From contig NW_004797537.1 in NCBI RefSeq assembly GCF_000002075.1, positions 40,879 through 104,878 of the forward strand: DNA of 64,000 nucleotides. The letters run 5' to 3'. The DNA is from Aplysia californica. Taxonomy: Eukaryota. Below, piece by piece: positions 12,501 to 22,970 of the stretch (its first letter is position 1; every line of letters starts with the position of its first letter). The notes under the pieces were generated by a model. That model searched no databases. It was given only the letters and a program-made list of their open reading frames with translations, and was not told the DNA's origin. A program made the translations under genes and the position numbers.

Positions 12501-13802
12501 AAGTGATGTCATGCTGGACAAGAATCAGAGTCCGAATAACATTTTTTCATATTGGGACTCGAGTCCGAATCTAAATTCTTTTATAAAAGAAAACTCGGTG
12601 ATCTTGTAGTTCCGTTCGTTAACTCTTATCCTGCGTCTGTGCCCAGATGCGTATCTTATCAGCAACCGATTACGTCGGACTCGCCGGGCAGGCCGCCGGG
12701 GTCACTCAGTGTGTACTGTTGGTGTACAGCGCGCGCGCCGGGAAACGTGTGTTTTCGCCATGAATACCGCGGGAGTGTGTTAACTGATGATGAAAATAAC
12801 GCTCTATCCTTCATAGCATTCTATTTATAAAGTGTTACAAACACATGAATAACCCCCTCTCACAAGCTGATAAGACATTACGAGTAGTTACGCCCATTTG
12901 AATAACCTTTCTGGACGCTCTTGTTGTTATGAGAATGACCTGAGGTTCGAAAAGGGATAATTTAGGTCAATTTCCGAATGTTTTACACTCAAATTGTTCT
13001 TTGTACCTGCACAAGGGTATTCAAAACTATTAAACAAGCTCATTTTTTATCAGGTAGTATCATTTCATACAAAATCAAGCTCATTTGAAATATTTTGTAT
13101 AGAAAAATGGAAGTCTTGTTTCCTGACTATCGACCTTTCGAGCTCCTCATGTCTAAGTGGGTCAATTTCTTCTATAATTTCATTGGACGAACATCTAGAG
13201 CTATCAACTTGGCATGTTTTGAATGAGACGTATGCCTCGATTACGAACCAACGCAGGTGGTTCTAGAAGAAGGCCACAAACGCACACAAACTCAAGCAGA
13301 CTGAAGCACACACACTTGACCTGCGTGAATGGGGATCCGACTTGGGACCCGAATGACACGTAAGAGGATGCGCGCTGCGCGCTGCGCGTGCGCTGAGCCA
13401 GGAGCTACACTGACTCGGGACCAGAACGCAGGCGAGGTGCCGAAATAGGCTTATCGGGCTACATAAACCCGGCTCCCGCAGGATGAGGGTTTAAGTCCAC
13501 GATCCATTTGTTTACATCCAGAGAAGAAATCCAGAAGTCTTGAAGACCAAATACTATTTGAATTAGGCTACAAAAAGAGCAGGGATGCAAAACATCAAAT
13601 TAGGATAAAATTCAGGGGGGCATCCCCCACCTTCGTATTTTTTATTAGGTCAGCCCTCCTACTCTTGACTTTAACGAACGGAACTTCAAAATCGCCGAAA
13701 ACTCGACTTCGACGGAGTTCGCGTCATATTATTGTGCTCACCGTCTTGGTCGATGCTGGGCTTGTTGTCGGACTTATGCTTCTTGTGTTTCTTGCTCCCC
13801 AT
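408..13802 (-). CDS. BRD7: Bromodomain-containing protein 7/9 (BRD7/BRD9 family, SWI/SNF subunit); 13 coding exons in window, 3' end beyond left edge
   Basis: Hand-spliced exons 13742-13802, 10769-10953, 9998-10224, 9108-9252, 8493-8603, 7156-7304, 6096-6228, 5608-5680, 5074-5184, 3716-3851, 2997-3111, 2352-2417, 408-582; all GT-AG with matching phases. N-terminus MGSKKHKKHKSD...EKPLKLVL; bromodomain GFFAFPVTDSIAPGYS...PMDFSTM...LMCNNAMTYNRPDTIYYK; DUF3512-like FKEDKRNKV...YGPFSSHAPAYDSSFA. BRD7 vs BRD9 cannot be separated; likely the single invertebrate BRD7/9 gene. Confidence 0.95.
1192..1997 (+). mobile_element. Internally deleted pogo/Tigger DNA transposon
   Basis: TA-flanked TIRs CAGTGGAAACC...GGTTTCCACTG; ORF 1527-1805 encodes a CENP-B/psq-type N-terminal HTH (KRKCLLT..KKHEII...QFNIPQRSIHTIIKDREKI); no DDD catalytic domain. 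Confidence 0.85.
2352..2417 (-). CDS. BRD7: BRD7/9 exon 12
   Basis: KRREEELAEKALQDEMIAKAQK; CAG/GTAAA, phase 0-0. Confidence 0.82.
2997..3111 (-). CDS. BRD7: BRD7/9 exon 11
   Basis: VQKFVENAGISAVEMVDKLLDTLTNGQHSKARLRQEEQ; CAG/GTAAG. Confidence 0.92.
3716..3851 (-). CDS. BRD7: BRD7/9 exon 10
   Basis: ETYLCYGPFSSHAPAYDSSFASCTKEESDLLLGTYGGETGVQYAK; CAG/GTAAG. Confidence 0.93.
4463..5004 (-). mobile_element. tRNA-derived SINE family A (Deu/Nin-like core), full length
   Basis: Minus-strand head with A box TGGCCTAGAGG and B box GGTTCGAATCC; 3' end ...TATGACCTTATGCAGTTGCGAGCGCCGTAAAAC plus A-rich tail; TSD TGGAATAT (4455-4462, 5005-5012); homologous copies at about 50386 and 37700. Confidence 0.85.
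5074..5184 (-). CDS. BRD7: BRD7/9 exon 9
   Basis: VSSTQKVISLGDYMGKLKNGSGTLFKFKEDKRNKVCP; CAG/GTAAG. Confidence 0.9.
5608..5680 (-). CDS. BRD7: BRD7/9 exon 8
   Basis: LGFLRQEEDGTTSMTILNPWNDGT; CAG/GTGGG. Confidence 0.88.
6096..6228 (-). CDS. BRD7: BRD7/9 exon 7
   Basis: LEVDPSKMDSMVEEEMSPEEILAQAQEAAQKAKHALTTRRPKTD; CAG/GTGAG. Confidence 0.9.
7156..7304 (-). CDS. BRD7: BRD7/9 exon 6
   Basis: EKLLYLKKTQSFLTSITLQELGFDE...; CAG/GTAAG, phase 0->2. Confidence 0.9.
7751..7945 (+). mobile_element. Short (~190 bp) retroposon family C
   Basis: GTGGGTGGTTGGCAGGTGCTCTGG...TATGACCTTATGCAGTTGCGAG..CCGTAAAAC, (CTAAA)n tail; at least seven copies in window. Confidence 0.75.
8493..8603 (-). CDS. BRD7: BRD7/9 exon 5 (bromodomain, conserved Asn)
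   Basis: KDFILMCNNAMTYNRPDTIYYKEAKRLLHLGIKQLSK; TAG/GTATG. Confidence 0.95.
9108..9252 (-). CDS. BRD7: BRD7/9 exon 4 (bromodomain ZA loop)
   Basis: KDVNGFFAFPVTDSIAPGYSSIILCPMDFSTMAAKIEAAEYFNVMEFK. Confidence 0.95.
9998..10224 (-). CDS. BRD7: BRD7/9 exon 3
   Basis: SSSLKRPHED...acidic linker...ILKQMLNYLLKNLQ (start of bromodomain); CAG/GTAAG. Confidence 0.92.
10769..10953 (-). CDS. BRD7: BRD7/9 exon 2
   Basis: DGSQEKPLKLVLNLKVGGG...RRHKHKKKKKKKSSDK (NLS-like); CAG/GTAAG. Confidence 0.92.
11612..12700. repeat. Probable DNA-transposon derivative with repeated palindromic motif TATTCGGACTCGAGTCCGAATA
   Basis: Motif copies at about 11641, 11669, 11702 (perfect 22-bp palindrome), 11739, 12527, 12555; CpG-rich; boundaries uncertain. 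Confidence 0.5.
13742..13802 (-). CDS. BRD7: BRD7/9 exon 1 (start codon)
   Basis: ATG at 13802, MGSKKHKKHKSDNKPSIDQD, donor GTGAG, phase 1. Confidence 0.92.
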
Positions 13803-14909
13803 TTTGTTATATAATGGAAAAAATAACTTTCAAAATGGAAAAAAAGTGTTGCCTACAGTAGTATTTTCTGTACTAGAATCTACTGCTTCGCCAACCAAAG
13901 CCTCGGTCGACAACACACGGTGTTCCTTTATCCTGCACACAACCCAAACAATCATCTGTATTAGCCAGGTTTTTTCAACGAGCACAATTTCGATAGTTTG
14001 TTCTTGTATTAAATTGCTTCGGCCTACCTCTAAAAAAACAAACAAATGTGATCTATCTCTCCCAGTAAATTACAAATTAACTTTTAAGAAAGAAAATGAT
14101 GACAGAGTAAACAGGCACATATGACAACTTGGTGTTAAATTTCCAAAAATATAGTGGGCCCAAACAGCCATTTTCAAAGCGGCAGCTTGATTAACTCTTT
14201 CTATTCCAAAGTCAATTTTAGTCTAAGACAAGCTTCGTGTTTTCGTACGTCATATAGTTCGTAGTTCCCATCTTCTTATTTTTTGGGGTTGCATTCTTTA
14301 ATCACATCTCAAGGAAATGCTATTTGTTCTGTTTACCCTTATAGGCACAGTTTGACTAGCTCAAACGCCCCAACGGGAGAGTTTTTTTTTCAAAATTAAT
14401 TCGTATTTTTCGGCCCTCGGAATTAGCAGTAGTTTGACCATACAAATCAGGATAAAAGTGGTAGTTTTCAGCATCTTATATTGAAAGTTCATAAATAACA
14501 GTTTGCTATTACTATTGCCCCCCGCCCCCACCCCATTTTTATAACTTGACCTTCTTCGATTAGGGTAAGGATAAGCGCCTATGTCCCTGTGCTAATTAGT
14601 GCTATACAGTTGGGGCTGAAATGATACTTAGGCTACCCAACTAGCCTAGCCTACATAATATGACTTTTGGGGGGTCAACCTCGTGACAAGTTGAAAACAA
14701 TAACAATTGTCATTGGTCATTGTAACAAAAGACAGACACATATTATAAACCATTATATCTTACGCAAGATTTGCAAACCATCGTCGGCTGTACAAATGAC
14801 GCATAGTTCACAGCTAAATGTGTCCAACATCATCTCCACACTGTGCACTAAAAGCGCTCGGTCGGCAACCAAACTATTTCATGCCATGAAATGCTATTGA
14901 TTATCATCC

Positions 14910-15200
14910 CTCAGAGATGAGGTAGGAAGAATTAAGGCGGTGGCGATGGATTGGACATGCTCTCAGGAAGTCAGGCAGCTGCATAACAAAGAAAGTTTTG
15001 GATTGGAACCCACAGGGCAAGAGATCAAGGGGAAGACCTCGTGGAACCTGGAGAAGAATCACAGAAATCGATGTACAGAAAAGTGGGAAGACATGGAATA
15101 ACATCAAGAGGATAGCCCAGGATAGAGAAAAGTGGAGAGTGTTTGTCCGTGGCCTACACCTTGGTGCAGGGTGAGAAAGGCAATGATGATGATGATCATC
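14910..15200 (+). mobile_element. RTE-clade LINE 3' fragment
   Basis: RRWRWIGHALRK...LDWNPQGKRSRGRPRGTWRR...AQDREKWR, (GAT)n tail. Confidence 0.85.
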
Positions 15201-15819
15201 ATCCCTTAAAATTATAGATCTAAACAGTAGAAGAACAAAATCCCCAAGCACACAAAGACACCAGGCCGTGGCGGAACAACATCCTACTTTATTAATAGGC
15301 TGGGGTCTGCCCAGCTTGAGCAATACGTTTGCTGTCCATTGTAGGGGATTCTGAAAACGACTGAAAATCCCTTAAATTCCGACGACAGAAACAGCACGTG
15401 TCTGGAGCAACACTCTACGTCAATCGAGGGATGGCTTAAAACCGGTAAAGTGCTGGTTCCCGTGTCACTTCGACACTGTAAAGCAAATCTGGATATGCTT
15501 CTCTAAGTCAAGGTGTCTACAGTTCCAAGTACATGTACCCATTTCCTTTCTTCTCAACAACGCTGATTGATCCAAAGGAACAGCACGACAGATAGAATCA
15601 GTGAAACAGCGATCAAAGTGCATGTTTACAGAACTATACCGGAACACCTTTGTATTATGACTCTCCAGTGAAAAGGGGTTTATGGACAGGCAATGACAGG
15701 ACCATCGTTGTTAAACTGAGGGAAAAGACTTTACATGGTACTTTCAGCAAGGTAAAACCTATCCTCTCAAATAGAAACACATAACAGTGAACGCACAACA
15801 ACAACAAAAAATAACCCCG

Positions 15820-16135
15820 ACAGCGTAGGTTTGATCAATCCTTTTGTATGGACACGAGAGCTGGACTCTTAGAGAAAGACATAGGGAGAAGACTGGAGGC
15901 CGCTGAAATGTGATATTTAACGAGATGACTCAGAATCTCATGGACAGAGAGGAAAACAAACAGAGGTCGAAGGGCTCCAAAATGTCAGGATGTGAAAGAA
16001 GACCCATAATCAGAACCATCAGAAAAAAGACTACTGAGATTAAATAAATGGACTTGAGAAACTGCACATGCTGCTGTGGGGAAACAAGAGGGAAAGGAGA
16101 GCAGAGGAAGACAAAGAACAACATACACAGATAAA
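15820..16135 (+). mobile_element. Degraded RTE-type LINE fragment
   Basis: LLYGHESWTL...(L)EAAEM and GK..GK..RGRQRTTY remnants with frameshifts. Confidence 0.6.
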
Positions 16136-16139
16136 ACTA

Positions 16140-16560
16140 ATTACAAAAGACCCCCCTATATGCCACACGCGGACGGAGGAAATATACAGGGCATTTTCCT
16201 TAAAAAGAGAGGCTCTTATTATGTCCCGCAGTGACCAGTCATTACTGGCAAAAATCAGGACCGGTCACTTCTCTGGGCTGCGGGCCTACAAAAATAGAAT
16301 AGACAGAACATCGGACCCAACCTGTCCATTGTGCAGTGAGGAGCCCCAAGATTTGGAGCACTGGCTGCAGAGATGCCCTGCCACGGAGGCCCGGCGGTGG
16401 CATCTCTTCGGGGGGGGGGGGGGGGGGGGGGATTCAGAGAGGTTGGACTGCCTCACCCGCTACCCAAGGGAGGCGGTGACCCTGGCGAAGAGCACGCTCT
16501 TCGGGGCTCCAAATATTTCGAACGGATAGGCTACCGCACACACACACACACATACACAGA
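16140..16560 (+). mobile_element. I-group LINE 3' fragment
   Basis: LLAKIRTGH...DPTCPLCSEEPQDLEHWLQRCP zinc knuckle followed by (CA)n. Confidence 0.75.
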
Positions 16561-17074
16561 CGGCCGGATCAACTTTGCAACGTCCAAAGAGAAAACCCGA
16601 TAACTGATCAAGACGGACAACTGGAAAGGAAGGTGTACCATGCTCGTTATTGTCTGCTCCAGACCTGGCACATGAAGAAGAAAAAGTAGAGAAAATGTGT
16701 ACTTGGCACAGCTCAGACATAGACAGTATTTTGTTCGGAGGAAATTCAATACCCTACGCTCTGTATATAGAATATAGATCTAGATCTACATGCATTTTAA
16801 AAATATGAGTGTGTTTGTTAGTTCGGCAGTGGATAACTACAGTACACAGATGCGCGGAATTTCCGAAAAGATCATGCTTGCGCGTGAAAGGTTTGCTTCC
16901 TCAGAAGTCCGCGCAAAACCGTTATATAGGGCTCGGAAACCGACGTTGGGGGGTCATCGGCGAACCTCGTGGATCGACCACAAAAAACTAAAAGTTTTTT
17001 CCGAGGGCAACAAAGAAGATATGGAAACAAATCCTCTACTGGAGGCAACCACGGGTAAGTAGGGAAACTAAAAC

Positions 17075-17990
17075 CTTTCTGTGGGCTAAAGGGCTAAAAG
17101 GCAACAGCCCTCCTGAGGAATAACACTTCTTGTAAGTGCAGTAGCAAAAGGGCCGAGGAGATAGCAGCAGCAGCGGCAGCAGCCCTTTTTTAGGGCTAAG
17201 GCGAAACACGCAGTAGCGGCGACAGCAGCAGCGGCGGCGGCAGCAGCGGCCCTTTTTTAGGGCTAAAGCGAAAACCCACAGCAGCAGCAACCCTTTTTAA
17301 GGGGTACAGCAGTAACTGTAGCAGCAGCAGCGGGAGCAGCAGCCCTTTTTAGGGTTACGTAGCAGTAGCGATAGCAGCAGCAACAGCAGTCAGCCCTTTT
17401 TAAAGACTAAAGCAACAGCAGGCTGCAGCAAAGCGGAACCATCATCAGCAGCAGTCCCCTTTTTTGGGGCTACATCAGTAGTAGCAGAGGCTCTTTTAGG
17501 GGCTAAAGAGGCAGCAGCAGCTGCAGTAACAGCTCTTTATCAGGGCTAAAGAGACTCTTCAGCGCAAAGGGGTTAGCAGCAGCTCCCAGCAGCACAGGTA
17601 GAACTAGCAGCTGCACGCCGCAGTAGCGGCAGAAGCCAAACAGTAGCTGCACTTTTTCAGGGCTGAGGAGCCAGCAGCATCAAGTGAAGCAGCCCCTTTT
17701 TCAAGGGCAAAGGTCTCAAATAGCCCTTTTTTCAGGGCCAAGGTCTCAGCTGCAGCATTAGCCCCTTTAAAGGGCCAACGGTCCCAGCTGAAGGAGCAGC
17801 CCCTTTGTGGCACAGGGGCAAAACATTAGGAGCAACAGCATTTTTTTTAGGGCTAAAGGTCAGCAACAAAAGCAGCAGCACTTTTTCAGTGCAAATGGGG
17901 CACGCAGCATTAGATTTATTAGAAACAGCAAGCAGTCTTTTTTTTCCAGGGCAAAGAGGCCAACGGCAGCCACAGTAGCCCTTTTACGGC
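17075..17990. repeat. Degenerate minisatellite of (CAG)n runs alternating with AGCCC-T(n)-AGGGCTAAAG
   Basis: Motif recurs roughly every 40-70 bp over about 900 bp. Confidence 0.7.
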
Positions 17991-18089
17991 CCTTCAACAT
18001 TGACAGTGGTTGGTTGGCGGGTGCTCTGGTGGGGTGTGCTACTTCCTGTCTATCAAACATCAACCTTTTTATATCTCCATCTTCTTTAC

Positions 18090-18240
18090 NNNNNNNNNNN
18101 NNNNNNNNNNNNNNNNNNNNNNNNNNNNNNNNNNNNNNNNNNNNNNNNNNNNNNNNNNNNNNNNNNNNNNNNNNNNNNNNNNNNNNNNNNNNNNNNNNNN
18201 NNNNNNNNNNNNNNNNNNNNNNNNNNNNNNNNNNNNNNNN
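18090..18240. other. Assembly gap
   Basis: Run of N. Confidence 1.
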
Positions 18241-18331
18241 GAGAAGAAAGGAGGTAGTAAGAAAAGTTTTGAAAATGGGTATTCCAATGTAAAGCGCATT
18301 GAGCTACTTCTTTTGGAAATGCGCTATAAAT

Positions 18332-18332
<1 letters not shown>

Positions 18333-18411
<79 letters not shown>
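18333..18411. repeat. (ATT)n microsatellite, tail of an L2-type 3' end (18289-18332)
   Basis: GTAAAGCGCATTGAG...TGCGCTATAAATG followed by (TAT)n. Confidence 0.85.
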
Positions 18412-18414
<3 letters not shown>

Positions 18415-18923
18415 CAGTAACACCTTTGATCTTCGGCACATATAATATGTAGTGAGAGACCTATATTTGTATTGCAAGTGACGTAAAACTCTTACTATAA
18501 TTAAGGACAACTTTCCCAGGAGTTGTAGCGGATACCATGTTTGTGATATTATGATAGTGATAGTAATAGTTAGATCCTCGATATTGCATGCGAGAGATGT
18601 GAGTGAGTTGTTGGAGTGTGCTCAGGTATGGTTCGCGGCTTCTCTTCTTTCAAACACCTATCGTCCCTATCTCTCTCCTCCCTCCCCCGCCCCCTCCCCC
18701 TTTTGTGTTTTTTACTCTCTCGCAACACCGCTAATCTTCGGCACTGATATGACCTAATAATTGTGCATCAAGTGCCATAAAACTCTTACTAAAGCTAAAA
18801 CACTGACAGGTTGGTGGAGGACAACTTTCCCTAGGGGTTGGGATCCTTTTCATTGTACGCAAGAGTTGCGAGTTAGTTACCTAAGATGAATGCAGCGGTA
18901 GATCTGTTTTCTGACAGTAATAC

Positions 18924-19050
18924 GGGGTGCCCACTACGCTGAGATCGCCCGACTCGATCGTCTCAAAAACAAACGTGTTTGTTTTCGGGGTTGCCCACTA
19001 CGACAGGATCGAGCCGATCGCCCGACTCGATCGCGTATGTAGGCACCCCC
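18924..19050. mobile_element. Small MITE, possibly PIF/Harbinger-like
   Basis: GGGGTGCCCACTACG...CGTATGTAGGCACCCC imperfect TIRs; internal GATCGCCCGACTCGATCG duplicated; TSD not clean. Confidence 0.45.
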
Positions 19051-19382
19051 TAAACTGAAAACAAACATGTGAGCTCAAATCGTGTAGTAAGGGGACTTTT
19101 AAAAAATGAGTTCCTTCCTCTGTTAGCTGGGACGTTGTATCTCTCTCATTCAAGGTCTTGGAATGCAGCAAGTAGACGATAAAATAAGAGTCAGACTCAA
19201 AATAAAATTACGTCTTCACATTGTACAAGTTCACGAACATATACTTAGTTTAGAATGGTTTGCGTTTGAAGCCTCTCTCAGTGAAATAAAATGGTTGTTA
19301 AAGATGCAAGATCTCCAATGAAAAGTTTATCTCCAAAATAGGACAATGGCGGTGAGTGGAGAAAGAGTTAAAACTACTGAAA

Positions 19383-19818
19383 TGTGAGGCAGCGTGGTGG
19401 AATCAGGCTCTCGTCAATTTTTGGGCATGTAGAGTTATAGGTATCGTCTTAAAGCTTGTTCACTTGTCTTTATTTGGAAGGAAAAAATATCCATTTATCT
19501 TGAAAACAAGCGAGATATTTGCGAAAGAAAGAGGTGGGGGTCACCTGTTTTCAGAGGTAAAATTAGTGAGAAAATGGCCTCCAAAATTTATTTATTTCCT
19601 TGACTTAAGAGTCCGTGGTAACGGAAAATTTACATTTTTTTGCCGTTAATTAACGCTTTTCAGAAAAATCAACACAAAAATGAGTTCTTTAATGGGCATG
19701 AAAGGTGTTGAGCCAAAAAAACAAAAAGTTGATAAAAATTCACAAACCTGCGGAAAAATGCAAGTTTCTTCACTTTGATTATTTGGATGAGAGCCTGATT
19801 CCACCACGCTGCCTCACA
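19383..19818. mobile_element. MITE family D (~435 bp, ~35-bp TIR TGTGAGGCAGCGTGGTGGAATCAGGCTCTCGTCAA)
   Basis: Near-perfect TIRs; flanks AA/AA. Confidence 0.88.
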
Positions 19819-19899
19819 AATAACGGAAGTTCAAGAAGATCGAGGGAAATACATGCTGTCGAACCAGGGCCACTTGCTTTGTTTTAGTAAGTGGTTGTT

Positions 19900-20268
19900 G
19901 TTTTTTAAGTAAGAGTTTTACAGCACTTGCAACACAATAAGGTCAAATACGTGTAGAAGATTAGAAGAGTTAGTTTAGTTAGTTTTAGTAGAGGTATTAC
20001 GGCGCTCGCAACTGCATAAGGTTATATGAGCTCCAGAAGATTAGAGGTGTTACAAGAGAGTAACAAACATAAAAAAAAAGAAAAAAGGGAGATAAGGACG
20101 ATAGATGTTTGATAGGAAAGAAGAAGCAAACCACACCAGAGCACCCGCCAACCTTAGAAGAGTTACAAGAGAGTAACAAACATAAAACAGAAGGAGGAGA
20201 GGTCAGGACGATAGATGTTCGATAGGAAAGAAGGAGCAAACTACACCAGAGCACCTGCCAACCACCCA
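19900..20268 (-). mobile_element. Family C, nested/tandem copies
   Basis: Reverse-complement matches to 7751-7945 with an internal duplication. Confidence 0.7.
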
Positions 20269-20343
20269 CAGGACCACTTGTATTGTAGTCCAGAATGTAA
20301 CCAACTGAGAAAACGGATGAGAGAGAGAGAGAGAGAGAGAGAG

Positions 20344-21070
20344 NNNNNNNNNNNNNNNNNNNNNNNNNNNNNNNNNNNNNNNNNNNNNNNNNNNNNNNNN
20401 NNNNNNNNNNNNNNNNNNNNNNNNNNNNNNNNNNNNNNNNNNNNNNNNNNNNNNNNNNNNNNNNNNNNNNNNNNNNNNNNNNNNNNNNNNNNNNNNNNNN
20501 NNNNNNNNNNNNNNNNNNNNNNNNNNNNNNNNNNNNNNNNNNNNNNNNNNNNNNNNNNNNNNNNNNNNNNNNNNNNNNNNNNNNNNNNNNNNNNNNNNNN
20601 NNNNNNNNNNNNNNNNNNNNNNNNNNNNNNNNNNNNNNNNNNNNNNNNNNNNNNNNNNNNNNNNNNNNNNNNNNNNNNNNNNNNNNNNNNNNNNNNNNNN
20701 NNNNNNNNNNNNNNNNNNNNNNNNNNNNNNNNNNNNNNNNNNNNNNNNNNNNNNNNNNNNNNNNNNNNNNNNNNNNNNNNNNNNNNNNNNNNNNNNNNNN
20801 NNNNNNNNNNNNNNNNNNNNNNNNNNNNNNNNNNNNNNNNNNNNNNNNNNNNNNNNNNNNNNNNNNNNNNNNNNNNNNNNNNNNNNNNNNNNNNNNNNNN
20901 NNNNNNNNNNNNNNNNNNNNNNNNNNNNNNNNNNNNNNNNNNNNNNNNNNNNNNNNNNNNNNNNNNNNNNNNNNNNNNNNNNNNNNNNNNNNNNNNNNNN
21001 NNNNNNNNNNNNNNNNNNNNNNNNNNNNNNNNNNNNNNNNNNNNNNNNNNNNNNNNNNNNNNNNNNNNNN
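20344..21070. other. Assembly gap flanked by (GA)n and (CAGA)n
   Basis: Run of N. Confidence 1.
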
Positions 21071-21076
21071 GCAGGC

Positions 21077-21119
<43 letters not shown>

Positions 21120-21420
21120 ATGAGGGAGAGACAGTCAGGAAAAGGCAGGCAGACGGACAGATGACGACTATGACAAACACCAATACTACTTGGAACAAGA
21201 AAACTCTTTCAAACAACCCCAGTTTAAAAACACCTTATTTGGGGGATCCGAACCAGGCCCACCCACACTAATGGTTGGCACAACAAACCAAGTTAACACT
21301 CCTAAGCAAATGTTTGTTGTCTGAATTTATCATTATGTAATATACCATGTATTAAATAGTTAAACAGATGTCTCTTGAGAAATCCAATAAAAATTTTCTT
21401 AGAAAAGAGCTCTCTTTTTG

Positions 21421-21598
21421 TTTTGTTTTAGTAGAGAGTTTACGGCGCTCGCAACTGCATAAGGTCATATGAGTGCCAGAAGATTAGAGGTGTTACAAGA
21501 GAGTAGCAAACATAAAAAAGAAGAAGGGGAGATAAGGACGATAGATGTTTGATAGGAAAGAAGAAGCAGACCACACTAGAGCACCCGCCAACCACCCG
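21421..21598 (-). mobile_element. Family C copy
   Basis: Reverse-complement match to 7751-7945. Confidence 0.75.
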
Positions 21599-21845
21599 CC
21601 GAGCTCTCTTTTAAAAAGAAATCCAACTGAGTACAGTTTAGTGGAGATGATGCTTTTACCAACAGAAACATCACAATCATCAATCATCACCATGAATGGG
21701 AAGCACACATTATTGATTAGGCATAAAAATGATTTATTCGATAGGAGTTCACTGTGGACACAAAAACTGTACAAATGTATTTACAATTGGAGTACATAAA
21801 GTATCAAAATAAGTTGTGGGAAAATTTGGTCCCTTCATGGATAAA

Positions 21846-21943
21846 TGACAGCAACATACAAAATACAGGAATGTCCCAAGTTTATGCAGCTTGCTGACAG
21901 CAACATACAAAATACAGGAATGTCCGAAGTTTATGCAGCTTGC
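21846..21943. repeat. 49-bp tandem duplication
   Basis: TGACAGCAACATACAAAATACAGGAATGTCC(C/G)AAGTTTATGCAGCTTGC x2, one mismatch. Confidence 0.85.
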
Positions 21944-22535
21944 TGTTTGTCATAACATATGTAACAAATTTCCATATATCAAAAAAAAAGAAAAAAAAAA
22001 AAGGTGAGTCAGTGCGGCTGAACCTAACTTCCCCATCATTAAACTCCATGGAAAAGGAGCTGACAAGAAAACCAGCCATATTTATTGCTTAATGTTGCTT
22101 GAGAAGGTGGAAAATAATAAAAAAGAATGAGTACCATTTTAAAAACTAGATGACACCTTGATATAAGAATAAAATCAAAATTTTTTTTTTTTAAATAAAG
22201 AGACTGCCCCCCCAAAAAATGAGAGGGAGATTGATTGTTGTTATCCACTCAGAAGCTCGAGGGTGTTTGCTTTTCAGCCCCTGAGCATTCATCATGATTA
22301 TTATTCTAGTTTCTAGTTGTGGCACTATATTGAACCTATAAAAATGAATAATCCTCGTTAAAAAATTGGCCAGAACTAGCATAATTTCTCTTTTATTTAT
22401 ATTGCATAATAAATAAATGTCACATTTCTTCTTAGTCATTTCAGCAGCTACCCTTTTGTTCCTCTCTTGTACATATTTTCTGTTTAATGATAGTATTTCA
22501 CAATGTTTAATCACTTAAATTGAACAGAAAACATA

Positions 22536-22970
22536 TGTGAGGCAGCGTGGTGGAATCAGGCTCTCGTCAAAATAATGAAATTGAAGGAAACAGCAGTTTT
22601 CTCCCTGCTTAGCAATTTTTATCACATTTTTGTTTTTTGGCTCAACACCTTTAACGTCCATGTACAAACACATTCCTTTGAGGATTTCACCGAAAACGTT
22701 GATTAAAGGCACAAAAATATAAATTTACAGTTTCCATGGACTCTCCAGCTTTGGAATTTACCAAGCTTTGGCAGCCATTTTCTCGCTAATTTTACCTCTT
22801 AAACCAGGTGACCCCTATCTGCTTCAATCCAAAATATCTCCACTTCTATTGAAGATGGAAGGGTAATTTTTTCATTGAAAGCAAGACGAATGAGCAAGCT
22901 TTAAAATGATACCAATAACTCAATATGCTGAAAAATTGACGAGAGCCTGATTCCATCACGCTGCCTCACA
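22536..22970. mobile_element. MITE family D
   Basis: Same TIRs; flanks TA/TA; opposite orientation to the 19383 copy. Confidence 0.88.

Noticed and set aside
13370-13393. GCGC-rich NRF1-like motif in BRD7/9 intron 1
   Set aside because: Imperfect match that could be repeat-derived; no independent support.
17807-21216. Long ORFs in the ORF track
   Set aside because: Artefacts of N-gaps and microsatellites.
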